DNA of 64,000 nt from Callorhinchus milii (lineage: Eukaryota), in NCBI RefSeq assembly GCF_018977255.1, contig NW_024704742.1:44456001-44520000 (forward strand), given 5' to 3'. This document shows, piece by piece, positions 51,800-64,000 of the stretch. The notes below the pieces were generated by a model, which ran no database searches, was not told the origin of the DNA, and worked only from the letters and a program-made list of their open reading frames with translations. How positions within the stretch are numbered: position 1 is the stretch's first letter; every line of letters begins with the position of its first letter. Made by a program: the position numbers and the translations under genes.

Positions 51800-52035
51800 T
51801 AAAGATCCCATGACACTCTTTGAAAAGAGAATGGTATTTCTCATGTGTCCTGCCCAACAGTTCTCCAGATAAATTACTCATTCATTCATTGCTGTTTGTA
51901 GGATCTTGCTGTGTGCAAACTAATTGTCATATTTGCTTACTAATACATAGTCAGTAAACATGACAACAATTGCTTGTGCTTTGAGATATTTTCACATTGT
52001 GGGTGCTATATAAAATACAAGGCAATTTTTATTTT
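51800..52035 (+). mobile_element. Old Deu-type SINE, 3' half
   Basis: aaagatcccatgacact...attgctgtttgtaggatcttgctgtgtgcaaac. Confidence 0.75.
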
Positions 52036-52469
52036 GTAGATTTTGTAGATTTAACTCACTTTCCAATATTTTTGTTAGATAATTCTTTCCAAGTGTCACT
52101 ATGTGTAAGTTGAAAACAATTAAAAATGGCATTTCCTTGAATTTCTAATTTTTAAAAAAAATTTGGCAGAATGTGCCAATATAACATTTAACATTTCTTC
52201 GGCAATAAAACACACACTTTCTCCACTTTATTGTTTATTCTATGAAATACATTGAGATGTCCTCCTAATGTGAAAGGCACTGTACCAAATGTAAGGATTC
52301 TGATGCAGTGATCTAGCTCAGTCACTTGAGTGAGCTTGAAATTGGAAAAAAAATACTTCAAGTTTACCATTTGTTAACTGACTGCAGTTACTGACAATAG
52401 TACATTTAATAAACTATGCTATAATTACAGTAATATGACAACAGTTGCAAATTAAGCATCTATTATTTA

Positions 52470-52786
52470 TAATAATAATAATCCTTGGATTTGATATAGC
52501 GCTTTTCATGTCTTCTAGACGTCCCAAAGCGCTTCACAGAATATACTGTAAAGTGAATTGACTGTATATTTGTGGGCGAACGCGGCAGCCAATTGCGCAC
52601 AGCAATGTCCCACAAACAGTCATGGATTGAAAATGACCGATTTATTATTGTTTTGTTTTTTTGGAGGGATTATTATTAGGCATGTGAAGTAAGGAAACTT
52701 GCCCAAGGTTTCGCCCTGACTGGAATTGAACTCAGGTCTCTCACTTGCAAAGCAAGTGCTCTAACCACTGAGCTGCAGGACTCCAT
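52470..52786 (-). mobile_element. Young tRNA-Ala-headed SINE (short variant)
   Basis: Full head, body and tail. Confidence 0.94.
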
Positions 52787-53084
52787 TATAGCAATGTTAA
52801 ATTCACACATGACCAGGTGATTGAGTCTGCCACTCACTCACCTTATTGAACACAGGTATGATGCTTCAAAGATTGATCCATTATCTGCTGGAGAAAAGCT
52901 CTGATCAGTACGTTTTATGAAGTTATGAATTCTCGCTAGTTTTCGATTATTCTCCCTGTGAAAGTCTTGCTAAATCATGCACCTCCTCCAGCTAAACGTA
53001 AGAAAGATTGAGGTCAGAAACACAATGTTCACAACCTGGATTCACAAATATTGAATCATTAATGTTATCATTCTCGTCTCAGTT

Positions 53085-53450
53085 TGCCTTGGTGCAGTTG
53101 GTAACCCTCTCGCTTTCATCCACCCTAATATTCCCCCCCCCCTGCCCTTCTACTCTTCTGACCCCATCTCCCACTTCATTGCAGTCCTGGGAGTGTGTTG
53201 CATTGTTGATTGTGAGATGAAATGTTAGACTGAGACCTTGTCTCCCTGTTCAGGTGGAAGCTAAATATCCCATGACACTATTCAAAAAGATAAGGGAGTT
53301 TCTCCAGATGTCCTAACCAACAATCTCCTCAATAAAAACCTAAAATTGGTCATTCAATTCATAGTGGTTTGTGGGCCATTGCTGTGCATAAATTGGCTAC
53401 CATGTTTGCCCTCAAAACACACAGTCACTTCGCATTATGGTATTGCTTTG
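53085..53450 (+). mobile_element. Old Deu-type SINE
   Basis: ggtgcagttggtaaccctctcgc head; cctgttcaggtggaagctaaatatcccatgacac body. Confidence 0.7.
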
Positions 53451-53559
53451 ACAACTAAGTGAGGTTCTTCTCAGGTTTCTTCAAATGGGTGATGTTACTA
53501 TGACAAAGCAAGCATGCCATGGAATCCCTCAGATATGGAAGTTTTATAAATGTAAGTTG

Positions 53560-53990
53560 ATATGCAAGTAAGATAATTCCTTCTGTAGCTGTCCATCTTT
53601 GTACAAGGTTAGAAGTTTGAATTGATTTGGGAGCTTTAGTCTTTTTCCATTGTTTGGTTGAGATTGGATACTAAACTAAAAACTGATAGTAAATATAATA
53701 ATTCAAAGGTGCATAACTTTCAATAATATAAAGTACAAAATGAGCCATGGGGAAAAATTAAAGGGAAATCACAACTGGAAAATTCTTATGTGAATAGTGA
53801 ACCTGTGGAACAGGCTCCCTAGGGAGTTGGTTGAATCAGTGTTGATTCTTTCAAACACAGATTAGATTGTTTTCTTTTAGGAAATAACATTATGGGATAT
53901 AGTACATAGATAGTTTGGGATATATGTGCATGCGACCGCCAAGAAGGTGGAAGGCGAACTAGATGGAGCTTGGCGTTTTCTCGTCTAGCA
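53560..53990 (+). mobile_element. CR1 3' fragment
   Basis: gtgaacctgtggaacaggctccctagggag (VNLWNRLPRE)...tttcttcttatgttcttatg terminus. Confidence 0.7.
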
Positions 53991-54099
53991 TTTCTTCTTA
54001 TGTTCTTATGAAAATAAAACAACAGAGAAAATAAAATTAATTCAAGAACATTTGGAGTTGGAAAAATGCATTGGGATGAAAAAAGTAAAAACAGCAAGA

Positions 54100-54462
54100 A
54101 CACAATAATAACAATGCCTTATGTTGTTGAAATGCCTCAAAGCATTTTCTGCAAAGCAGTGACTGTATTTTGTAGGCAAATGTGGCAGCCAGTTTTCACG
54201 GAGCAATTTCCCAGAAACAGCTGTGATGTGAATGATCAATTTTTATTTAGCAGATTGTTGGCCAGGACATCAGGAGAAACTCCTTTTCATATAACACCAT
54301 GGGATCTTTAATGTGTGCCTCAACAGGCAGCTGAGACCCCACTTTAATGTCTCATCCAAAGGACAACAGCTCTGACAATGCAATACTCCCTCAGTCCTGC
54401 AATGGAGTATCAGTCTAGACTATGAGCCAAAAGTTCTGTGGCTTGAACCCCGACTTTTGACT
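54100..54462 (-). mobile_element. Old Deu-type SINE (left member of a head-to-head pair)
   Basis: ttggccaggacatcaggagaaactcc...ccatgggatctttaa...ctccctcagtcctgcaatggagt. Confidence 0.8.
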
Positions 54463-54840
54463 AAGTGATTCAAGCCACAAATGAGGACTTTGAGGTTATG
54501 GTCCAGGCAGACAATGCAATGCTGAGAGTGCTGCCTTTCTCCATATATTGTCCTTTGGATGGGACATTAAACTGAAATCTCATCTGCCTGTACAGGTGGA
54601 TGTAAAAGATCCATGGCACTACTCAAAATAAGTTTTTTTTCTTGGTGTCCTAGCCAACAATCCCCAGGTAAAATTATTTTTTTCATTTCATGACTATTTG
54701 TGGTACTGTGTGCAAATTAGCTGCCGAGTTCATCTAAAAATACGCAGTCACTACACTTTACAGTAAAATCCTGTGAATTTCTTTAAGAGGTCTTAATACC
54801 CTGATACGGTTGTATGCAAAATGCAAGGATTATTATTATT
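54463..54840 (+). mobile_element. Old Deu-type SINE (right member of a head-to-head pair)
   Basis: caggtggatgtaaaagatccatggcact...tgcaaggattattattatt. Confidence 0.8.
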
Positions 54841-55167
54841 AAAAAAAGTTTATAACAGTTTTCACAAATGAAGACTGTGATTAAATTCTGGATCCAGTCA
54901 TTTTGGCTCAGTAACTTTAAACCAAATTAATACAACACAAGGAGCTCATGTGTTAGGAAGAATCTAAAATAATGAGATTGCTTCAAAAAAAACAGCTTGG
55001 CCAAATGAGGGATACAATGGGGAATGCATCCTGGAATCCTTAAGCAAATGTGAGGAAATAAGCAACATGCTAGTTAATATTCTTAGGGGCTACAAAAACA
55101 CTTGAATTATAGATGAAGACTGAAGATAGCAAATGTTGAGGTGGAAAGAGCAACGTATATGTTAATA

Positions 55168-55313
55168 AATGCACACTCTGGGGTCCACAAACCTTAGCCC
55201 TTGCCAACATAGGCCTAACACTTTCCTGAGTTAGCTAAACAGGGTGCATCTCTCTGGAGACGCATGGCATGGGTTTCCATGTATGTCAGATATGTACTGA
55301 GCATAAAAAATAA
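55168..55313 (+). repeat. Family X copy, internally deleted 3' part with A-rich tail
   Basis: aatgcacactctggggtccacaaaccttagcccttgccaac...atgggtttccatgtatgtcagatatgtactgagcataaaaaataaa. Confidence 0.7.
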
Positions 55314-56125
55314 ACACACATTGCAATTTCTATCCCTTTATCGTGTTATTCAAAAANGGTATGTGATATGAGTGCAGAAATTATGGACTAGTTGATTCAA
55401 TATCTGTTGATGGAAATGCTTGAGAATTTGAACATCAGATTCTATCAAGCTAAAGAACAAAAGGCTGTAAGGAGTAGTTAACAGATTTAGATGCAACAGA
55501 TAAAGCTTCATGAATCTGCAGGAACTCATTAAGGGGCAACTCATTTACAGGATTAGGGCAACCAAGTGACTATTTTATAGTTTAGTTGGATAATCAGTCG
55601 GTGTTTGATAAAATTACAGAATAAAGCTAGCTGGATTTCTCTTCCATTATTCAACGGAGAACTCAGGAGACAGGTTAGCATTTCCTTACTGCAAAATTAA
55701 TATTTAATATGATTTTGATATAGCGCTTTGAGATGTCTACAAGACGTGAAAAGTGCTATATCAAATGCAAGAATTATTACTATTGTTCTTATGATGAGAA
55801 GGAAGAGAAGATAAGTGCAAGAAGATGGATCTATTACTGACAATTTGCTGAAATTAGCAACACAAGAGTTGAAATGGTTGCCAATGTGCCCCAAAGCAGT
55901 TAAAAGGTGTTTTTAAGTTGTAAGAGAACAATATTTTCTCATTGTTACCACAGTCAAATTCCACTGGGTACCTCAGAGGGAAACAATTTAATTTAGTAAA
56001 AGAGTAGCTCGTTAGAAAGGAGTTCTAGAAACATGCACAGCATGGCCGTCAATGTCCACAACAAGGTGATTATTGGCCTCTGGAACATGTCTGCCATATA
56101 TTAATGCAGATTTCAACAGAATAAC

Positions 56126-56610
56126 ATGGCGCAAACCAACATGTGGTTGAACAGGAAACGAGAGCCTGAGACCAGAAAGAGTAGATTCTCAGAGTGGGCC
56201 CAACCTATACCGGAGAAGAGCATCATGGAATTTAATAATAATAATAATCCTTGCATTTGATATAGCACTTTTCATGTCTTCTAGACGTCTCAAAGCGCTT
56301 CACAGAATATGCTGTAACTTTGCTTTGATGTGCACAAATTGGCTGCCACATTTACCCACAAAAGCAAGGTCATTACACTTTACAATATAAGATGGGGAGC
56401 ACTTTGACATTCTCCTGACTTGAAAGGTGCTATATCAAAAGCAAGGATTATTATTATTATACCTTTGAATTTTTGGTATGGCTGGCCACATAGCAAAACA
56501 AATGTAAGGACCAAAGCCTTGATGGAAATAACCAGACTGGTGAATGGAGTCAGCCCTACCAAAAGGACAGAACTAGAGGAACAAAAAGATATATACCAAT
56601 CTTAAAAAGA
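56126..56610 (+). pseudogene. Decayed Myb/SANT-like DNA-binding ORF (Harbinger ORF / NAIF1-MSANTD type), split by SINE fragments at 56233-56460
   Basis: MAQTNMWLNRKREPETRKSRFSEW...IMEF [SINEs] ...YGWPHSKTNVRTKALMEITRLVNGVSPTKRTELEEQK/RYTNLKK. Fits the RKxxFS...AWxEIxxxVNAVSxxxRT...KKWxDLK pattern; frameshifted. Confidence 0.65.
56233..56460. mobile_element. Two SINE 3' fragments in opposite orientation (56233-56317 minus; 56325-56460 plus)
   Basis: (taa)n ccttgcatttgatatag on the left; gcaaggattattattattat on the right. Confidence 0.85.
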
Positions 56611-56619
56611 ATGCCATGG

Positions 56620-57065
56620 TGTCATCTCCATCTTCACATGACTACATTGGCTCCCCATCCCTCGCTGATTGAGTTCAAGATCTTCATCTTCAAATCCCTC
56701 TACCGTCTTTCCCACCTACCTCTTCTCAAACCGCTCTGACCGGGCTGCTCCCTTTACTCAGCAGACACCAGCATGCTTCAAGTCCCCCATCCTTCCTACC
56801 CCACCATCGGCAGTCAGGATTTCAGCCTTTCTATCTGCCCCTCACTCTCTGGAGCTCCATCCCTGAATCCCTCTGACTCCCTCCTGCCCTCACCTCTTTC
56901 AAGATCCATTTCAAGATCTTCCCCTTTAACTGCGTCTTCAGTCACCTTTTCCCTCCCCAAACCCCTCAGCTCTCTCTGAGCTCAGGTGCCAAGCCTGACA
57001 AGCATCCTAGGACATCCTCCCAATGTGAAAAGTGCTATATGAATGTAAATATGTATTGCATTGTA
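56620..57065 (+). mobile_element. L2 3' fragment
   Basis: LHWLPIP...IEFKIFIFKSL; tail gtgaaaagtgctatatgaatgtaaat. Confidence 0.8.
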
Positions 57066-57279
57066 TCTTAATGTGAGGTCTAGCATAATTTAACATGTAT
57101 GAACATGAGTTTCTTCCAGTAAGCTGATACACAGCCTAAGGATGATAAGATCAACTTGGCTGATGACTTGCAGACAAGTTAAGTGTTTTTATTGTTCTTT
57201 ATCCTTTCCGTGGAAAATGACAGACAATGAGTTATAATGGAAAGCGGGGTGTGGGGGGGGTGGGGGGGGCAGGGGAGGC

Positions 57280-57289
57280 CCATATAAGG
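57280..57289. promoter_or_regulatory. Perfect CArG box (SRF site) immediately downstream of a G-rich tract
   Basis: CCATATAAGG fits CC(A/T)6GG; G-runs at 57246-57278. Motif match only. Confidence 0.3.
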
Positions 57290-57574
57290 AGAAGAAGCTG
57301 CATTCCATGAGGAGCTCTTGGTGAGCCTGAAAGAAGGAGACGCGTACCTGTCATAGCCTGGTGAAGTTAAGAATGTTTTTTCTGTCAAAATCAGTGCTAC
57401 AAATGTTATTTGATTGCTCTCTAGTGATCCACAGCATGCATGCTACTAAAATCATATTTTATTCAGCTCCTTCTTCTAGGCTATGACTGGTAGCCTGCTC
57501 AGCACTCAACCTCAGCAGCAGCATCATTTGTGAGGTCAGTACTACTGTGTGGAGACCCATCCCCTGCTGATCTG

Positions 57575-58310
57575 GATCATCTCCTCCACCTACCCGACCT
57601 CCCCCTAAAACTCTCTGAACCCGGATGCAACCTAGATGTCAGGTTCGACCCCCAACTATCCTTCCTCACCCACATCGCTTTCTTCCACCTCTGATGCATC
57701 GCCTGTCTCTGCCAATACCTCTCTCCGAAAGACGCTGAAACCCCAGTCCATGCTTTTGTCACCTCTCGGCTGGACTATTCTAATGCCCACCTCACCAGCC
57801 TCCCCTCCACTACCATCCATAAAATTCAAATCATACAAAACTCTGCCGCCTGGGTTCTCACCTGCACCAAACTCTACTCCTCGATCACCCCAGTCCTTGC
57901 CAGACTGCACTGGCTCCCTATCCCAGAGAGGATCAACTTCAAGATCCTTACCCTTGTATTCAAATTCCTCTTCACCCCCTTATCTCTCTGACCTCTCTCC
58001 TCAAAACAGTACCTGTTGCCTTCGTTCCTCTGGGTCTGGCCTCCTCCTTGTGCCCCAAGTCCTCCACTCTACCCTTGGTGGCCGTGCCTTCAGCCACTAT
58101 GCCCCGAAGCTCTGGAACTCCCTTCCTCACTCCATTTGCCTCATTCCCTCTCTTCCTATTTTCAGGTCTCGGCTGAAGATCTTTCTTTTCGACCGCGCCT
58201 TTGATCACCTTCCTCCCCCTCCCCCTGGCTCGGCCCCAGGATCTGTTGCTGTGAAGCACTCTGAGACGCCTTCCAGCATGGAGGGTGCTATATAAATGCA
58301 AGTTGTTATT
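57575..58310 (+). mobile_element. L2 3' fragment
   Basis: FVTSRLDYSN, QNSAA, LHWLP, GGRAFSHYAPKLWNSLP; tail gctatataaatgcaagttgttattg. Confidence 0.9.
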
Positions 58311-59240
58311 GACAGAGCAGCCAGCTCCACAGCAGGTGCTGGTACTTATGGGGAGCACAAAGTAGATGAGCATCTCAAAGTCTTCCTTTGAGATCCTTCT
58401 CCCACAACTCTCCCTCCCAGGACTGGACACCCAGAACACATTGCCATCAATTCCCACAAGCACCATGCAGAAAAGCACACAGAACAAGTCTTAGCAAAGT
58501 ATGTGAGGGGATTGCGAGTAATGCTGCACACAGCGCTTCAGAGGTGAGGCATGCAACTAGCAGGAAGTTCTGGCCCAAAAGGAAGCACTTAGAAAGGTTA
58601 CAGCTTGTGAAAGATCCTGGGGTAGGAGCTAAAAGTCTCTGAGTATTATATGACATTAGATGGGCTTCTTGCAGGAACTGAAGGATGACAGGAAGGAAAA
58701 TTCCTAAAAACACACACTGCCTAACAGATAGAGGAGTCAACTTTCTGGTTGGAAGGTGCTGAGGTTCATCTGACGTCTGCTGTCAAAAGACTAGGAGATA
58801 AATTTGAGTGGGTTATGCCAAGACATGTGTCATGATATTGGTCAAAAAGTGGTAAGAGCATTCAAACAACCTACAAAGACCTTTATCAAGGCCACCCAGA
58901 CAGATCTAGCAGAGCTCAAGTATCAGCGGCCTTGATGCCTGTCGAGTTGAAAATCCAGATGTTACTGAGGGATCTACAGATGTCATACCACCAGCACACT
59001 TTTTGGGATACAATTCTCCATTGCCTAAATTTACCCTGAAGGAGCACATCAGCTGGTGCAATTGGAGCAGTAGAGTTATTTGAGTCAAAACAAGCACAAG
59101 TATTTTTTCCCCCCCCAGAGAGGAATTAATGACTCCATTCGAAAGTCGTATGTAATTTTAGGAGTATATCTTGACCAGAAACATCTCAGCTAATTTCTAA
59201 TTTGCTTGCTTCTAGTCTCTAACCTCTCTTAACTTTCTCT

Positions 59241-59775
59241 TGTTTTGGTCAGGGTGTCTGACCCATGCGGAAACCGATCACCATCCTTAAGAGTATCCAA
59301 ACCCAGCTGAGATTTCCATGCATCCCACCTTATACATGGAAATTCCAGAGATACATCTTTGTAATGGAATGCACACTCTCTCCCTGGAGGGATGCATCCT
59401 GCTTACCTCCGGAATGTATTAGGCGCAGGTTGGCAAGAGCTACAACTTGGGCTTGGGGATTCCAGAGTGTGCATTGGGATACTGCTGGATTCTCTGGGCA
59501 AGCTTTTTCACTGCTTGACCAGCTAGGACAGCCCCACCCTTCAGGCCTTTGGCTTGTAGGGTTAACAAGACCTGAGTGGGATGATTACCTGCTCCCAGTA
59601 ATTGGTCAGTCTCTCCAAATCCCACTGATGATCCAGGCTGATGTGTTGCCATCATCAGCAGTGCCCTGGAATATTGTGGACCCTCCTGGCTCAGGAACCA
59701 GACTACCGAGACCGCCACAGAGGGCTGGCTCGATTCCGACATTACGTTACCTGGCATGATGGCTTGGAGCCAGTT
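59241..59775 (-). repeat. Family X copy, longest in the window
   Basis: Collinear with 43171-43645 and 12708-13008. Confidence 0.85.
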
Positions 59776-61729
59776 GACAAGCGCTTTCTAAATTGTAACC
59801 TTCCTTGTTTTTATTTTATCTATGATGCTTTGCCATTGATTCTGTAAATTCTCTATCTCCCAAGCTCCAGATATATTGTCCTACATGTTCCTCCTCCACC
59901 TTGAATTGTCTGTGTGTTGAAATCAAAACTCTTTGTCTGTATTGTATTTGAGCTGCCCCAGAGCCTGAGCACTGAAAGCTGTTTGCCTCTGAAAGTCGTT
60001 CCTTTCTCCTATAATCTGCCGATTTTAACTTGCATTGAACCACTACTTTCTTTATTTATCTTGTTGCTAACCTAATCTTTTAAACCTCAGCGAAGTTCTA
60101 GTCAAGGAGCCATCACCTAGATTCTTTCTATCAAAATTAAACGATTCACTTGGACCTGACAAAAGCTGGTCCTCCAAAACATTCTTTTGTAAGGTCCTGT
60201 GATTTTGGTGCAGTGAAATGTTATCCTGGACCACATAAACCTAGCAGAAAATGACTCCATGTGGTCCCGGCACAATAAAATCTCAGCAGGATAAGTCAAA
60301 GTGTAACATGAATGTAACTGTTTTTTGCAGTAAAGAAGTGTCTGAGAAATGTGTCAGTGTATCTATTGCATAAAAAAAACACTGATTCCGGAAAATAAAA
60401 ATACAATACAGAATCTTCAAAGCGCTTATGAGTGAGTGGCTATTATGTTTTCTTTTTGGTTGCAGAAATACTAAAGCTGGCGTATGCCAAAACATATTTT
60501 TTGATACTTATATTACTTTGCTCAATAGAACTAGGATTATATAAATCGTTTTAGTTTTCATCTAGTTTTGTGCATCTTTAGCACTGAAAGAGAGATAATT
60601 TATTCTTCAAAACGTTTCCATGCTTTTATTATGCACACTGTTGTTTCATAAACCCATTTCTTAAAGCACATTTCATATACTTTGCAACTTATTAGACTGA
60701 TTTAAATCATTTTTCTTTCTGGTCATGTGAAGCCCTACATTCCTTGATGTGATTTGCTCTGGGTTATTTTATGGAAATAATCACATGGAATCCAATTTTA
60801 CACAGAGTTTTTGGTCCATAAATTCAGCAGCTGCAAAGCCTCAACAACCCCAGAATTCAGTTTAAATAAAAGCTCTTCACAGCTAGTTACGTTTAATACT
60901 TGTATCACGTTTTATATTACAAATTCACCAATACAACCCCACAGATTTGCCTCCAATTAAATGGTATTAGTAAATACACAAGCAGAATTAATTGCATTGT
61001 CTTATAACCATCTCCAACAAATGCATGGCAATTAATTCCTCTTGATCTGTACCCTTGCACTTTCAAGCATCAATTGCCACAAAAGCAGTACGGATTTGAG
61101 CATTAAGGTATGTCATGACAATTTTCTGGAAACTGCTACACTGGAAATTATTTTGGCATTTTCGTTGTTTCTTCTGTTATAGAGGATTTTGCATTGTTCA
61201 TGTCAGAATATATGGTAGAAATGGTTGATTTAATACAGTGTGAACAATAATTAGGACTATTACATGTGCTGCATTTAAATGAATTGGCTTCAATATCACA
61301 AGGATTTAACCTTTGATTGAACAGACTGATTTCGTCCACAAGAATAATGATAAGGTAGAAGCCTTGTAATGGGAGCTCATATATGCAACACACAGTATTT
61401 GTCTTATCCAAACTTTTCAGCAAGCAAGATTGCCTTCGTTTATTGAGGTCAAAGCTTCTCCATTTCTATGGTCTGTTCACCTCCTTCCATTTTTGCACCG
61501 TTTCCTGTTTCTTGTACCTGTCCATCCTGACCAATAGGGCAGTTTGATCTTCTCCCCTTGGGACAAAACTCTATAACACATAAAAGAATGGAGTAAAGAG
61601 ACATCTAGCTTAGGATTTCTTCTCTGTGAGGAAGTGCGTAAACACCTGAAGTGCCTAAACCTGTGAAGATTGATAAATATCATACAATTACCATGTCACA
61701 TTCTGCATTTTCACTCCATATTTTTATTA

Positions 61730-62000
61730 GCTTGTTCAGGTGGACGTTAAAGATCCTATAGCACTTTTCAAACAGAGAAAGGAGTTTCTGCTGGTGTCCT
61801 GGCCAGCAATCTCCCAAATACAATTGACCATTCACTTCACAGCTGCTTGTGGGACATTGCTAGGCGCAAATTTGCTGCTACTTTTATGCTACCCACAAAA
61901 CATACAGTCACTCCACTTTACAGTCTATGCTGCAATGCACTTTGGAACATCCTCCTAATGTAAATATGCAACATGAAATGTAAGGATTATTATTATTATA
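61730..62000 (+). mobile_element. Old Deu-type SINE, 3' part
   Basis: gttcaggtggacgttaaagatcc...ggtgtcctggccagc...ttgtgggacattgc...aaggattattattatt. Confidence 0.8.
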
Positions 62001-62239
62001 GCTTATATATGGTTCTACAAGCAGGCAGTGAAAACTTGAAAGATCAGTTGACAGGCTCTATTATAGATATGACCAGAGAAGTGAAAAGACGGATCAAGGG
62101 GAAGTGGTGGCTTTGAACAAGGTCACTTGTCAGTAGCCCCCAAACCCACCCAAATTAGAGCTCACTGTGGCACTTTTAAGGGTTGAACAAGTTGAACAGG
62201 GACTGGAGGAACTGGGAATGTTTCTGTTGGAATAACCTC

Positions 62240-63898
62240 AACCTCCAGGACCTCACTTGCTCTATCTTCTTACTCCTCTGGCTTATTCCCCTCATTCGAG
62301 CACCTTACACTCTACCATCCCTCCAATCTTTCCCTCAAAATTCTCCTCATTTCAACTCCTTTAACTCTTCAATCCCTCTCCCCATCACCACCGAACCCAC
62401 CTCTATCTCCTACCGCCTCTAGAAAAAAATTCCCCGCAATCCCTCTCTGCTGCCCTGGAGTCATCTGAACTCTTCCCCCTCTGGTCTGCCTCTCACACTG
62501 ATTGATCCTCCTCACTCACAACTCCCTCCCCGCAATTCTTGATGCCCTTGCCCCCATCACATCCCGTACAGATTCCTACTCACGAACCTCACTCTGGTAC
62601 ACCAACCACCTTCACTCACTCAATGGTCAGGTGTGGCCCGCTGAATGCAACTGGCTCAAGTATGACCTAACGGTCCACCAGCAGTTTGGCTGGATCACAT
62701 CAGAACGTACCACTCTGCCCTCACCTCTACCAAATTGTCCTACTCCAAAATAATCTTGGAGGTGAAGAACAACCCCAGGCTCCTATTCACCACCACCAAC
62801 CGGCTCCTCTATCCACTCTCCCATGCCTCACCATTCTCTCCTCAAGCTCTGACTGTGAAGAGATGCTGATTTCTTTGTGTCCCAAATCGAGGGTATCGGT
62901 TCAGCTGCCTCTGCTTTCCCAACCGCCATTCCCTCCCCTGCTCCACCCCAAATTCCAACCCCCCCACCCATCCCTCCCTACACATCTTCGAACCTGTCTC
63001 CCCATCCTCTCTCATCATCCAGCAGGAAACATACCACCTGTTCCCTTGAACCCATCCCAACTCCTCTCCTTTCCTCCCAGCTCTACCTCCTCACCCCTCT
63101 ACTCTCCAACACCATCAATTTTTCTCTTTCATCTAGCACCATTACCATCCACCTAAAAACAGTTACAATCACCTCCATCCTGAAAAAACCTTCCTTGGAC
63201 CCATCCTTGTCTTCTAATAATTGACCCATCTCCAACCTTGCTCTTCTTTCGAAGGTCCTTGAAAGAGTCATTGCTTTCCAACTTTGCTCATTCCTCTCCT
63301 ACCACTCCACTCATGAGCCCCTCCAATACGGTTTCCATCTGCTTACAGCACAAAAAATTCTCTGGTCAAGGTGCCAAATGACATTTTGTCCATCTGTAAC
63401 CAGAGCTCCCTCTGCCTCCTTGTTCTCCACACCTCTCTGCTGCCTTCGATACCATGGACCATTCCATCCTCTTACACCGCCTCTTCTCTCACCTCAACCT
63501 TCAAGGTTCGGTCCTTGAATGGTTCTGGTCTTATCTCTCACACTGCCTCCAATTTGTCTCTCGTGTGGTGTTACTCAGGGCTCTGTCTTCGATCCCTTCC
63601 TCTTCAACATCATCTGCAAACATGGGGTCAACTTCCAAATGTACCGGGATGACACCCAACTCTATCTTTCTCTGCCTCCACCCTCGATTCCAGGACAACT
63701 GACATCCTGACAGACTTTCTACAGCTGAGTGTCAGCAATACTGAAGCCCTCCTGATTGGCTTACATCAGTGTCTCCGCAACTCAGGCACTGGCAGCATCA
63801 GCATCTACTGTTGCACACTTCACCTCACCAAGCCAGTTAGGAACCTGGGCATCCTGTTCGACCCTCAACTGTCCTTTCTCCCCCATATCCATACAATG
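62240..63898 (+). mobile_element. L2 LINE internal fragment (tether and RT), degraded
   Basis: LDALAP, ITSILKKPSLDP, SKVLERV, SAAFDTMDH, CGVTQGSV, MYRDDTQLYL, QLSVSNTE, VRNLGILFDPQL. Confidence 0.9.
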
Positions 63899-64000
63899 GC
63901 AACAAAATTATATTTATAGAGCACCTTTCACGTTGGGAGGATGTCTCAAAGCGCTGAACAGTCAGGGGTCGGGACCCGAGCATGCAGGAGGGGTGGTATA
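63899..64000 (-). mobile_element. L2 3' tail, running off the right edge
   Basis: caacaaaattatatttatagagcacctttcacgttgggaggatgtctcaaagcgctgaacag. Confidence 0.85.

Noticed and set aside
55357..55357. Single ambiguous base n
   Set aside because: Assembly ambiguity or gap marker with no biological meaning; continuity across it is uncertain.
59265..59759. 164-aa ORF (and the antisense 105-aa ORF) within family X
   Set aside because: Other copies have stops and indels in these frames; the apparent third-position bias was not consistent enough to claim coding.
61148..61683. Cys-rich minus-strand ORFs (CSTC...CSHC) suggesting a zinc finger
   Set aside because: Broken by stops and no family recognised; a search would be needed.
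1..64000. ORF-track ORFs as host genes; any prokaryotic system or CRISPR array
   Set aside because: The ORFs are short, mostly overlap LINEs or SINEs, or are unrecognisable. No regularly spaced repeat-spacer array or operon structure is present.
62240..64000. Twin-priming inversion at the plus/minus L2 junction (63898/63899)
   Set aside because: The tail of the minus copy faces the junction, which fits an independent insertion better than a 5' inversion.

Overview
This is eukaryotic DNA, not prokaryotic: an AT-rich, repeat-dense intergenic or intronic window from a vertebrate. The repeat families (tRNA-headed Deu-type SINEs, L2 and CR1 LINEs, a GIY-YIG Penelope-like element) point to a cartilaginous fish, probably a holocephalan such as Callorhinchus; the species is my inference. 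I recognise no intact host protein-coding gene, rRNA, true tRNA gene or CRISPR array, and nearly all ORF-track entries are pieces of retroelements or chance ORFs. Supported content: (1) the 5' end of a young, apparently single-ORF L2 LINE (1-1492) and many L2 fragments; (2) a ~3.3 kb CR1 LINE split by a 639-bp non-autonomous Helitron with canonical ends (10452-11090); (3) about nine near-complete copies of a young tRNA-Ala-headed SINE in two length variants, plus many older Deu-type SINEs; (4) a Penelope-like fragment with a decayed minimal hammerhead ribozyme; (5) a 348-bp internally deleted Tc1/mariner element with both TIRs; (6) a decayed Myb/SANT (Harbinger-type) ORF; (7) an unclassified ~0.5-0.6 kb A-tailed retroposon-like family present as eight fragments, with a conserved terminal stem-loop. 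The last is the best candidate for something undescribed. All family assignments are by eye and from memory, with no database search, and boundaries of old repeats are approximate.
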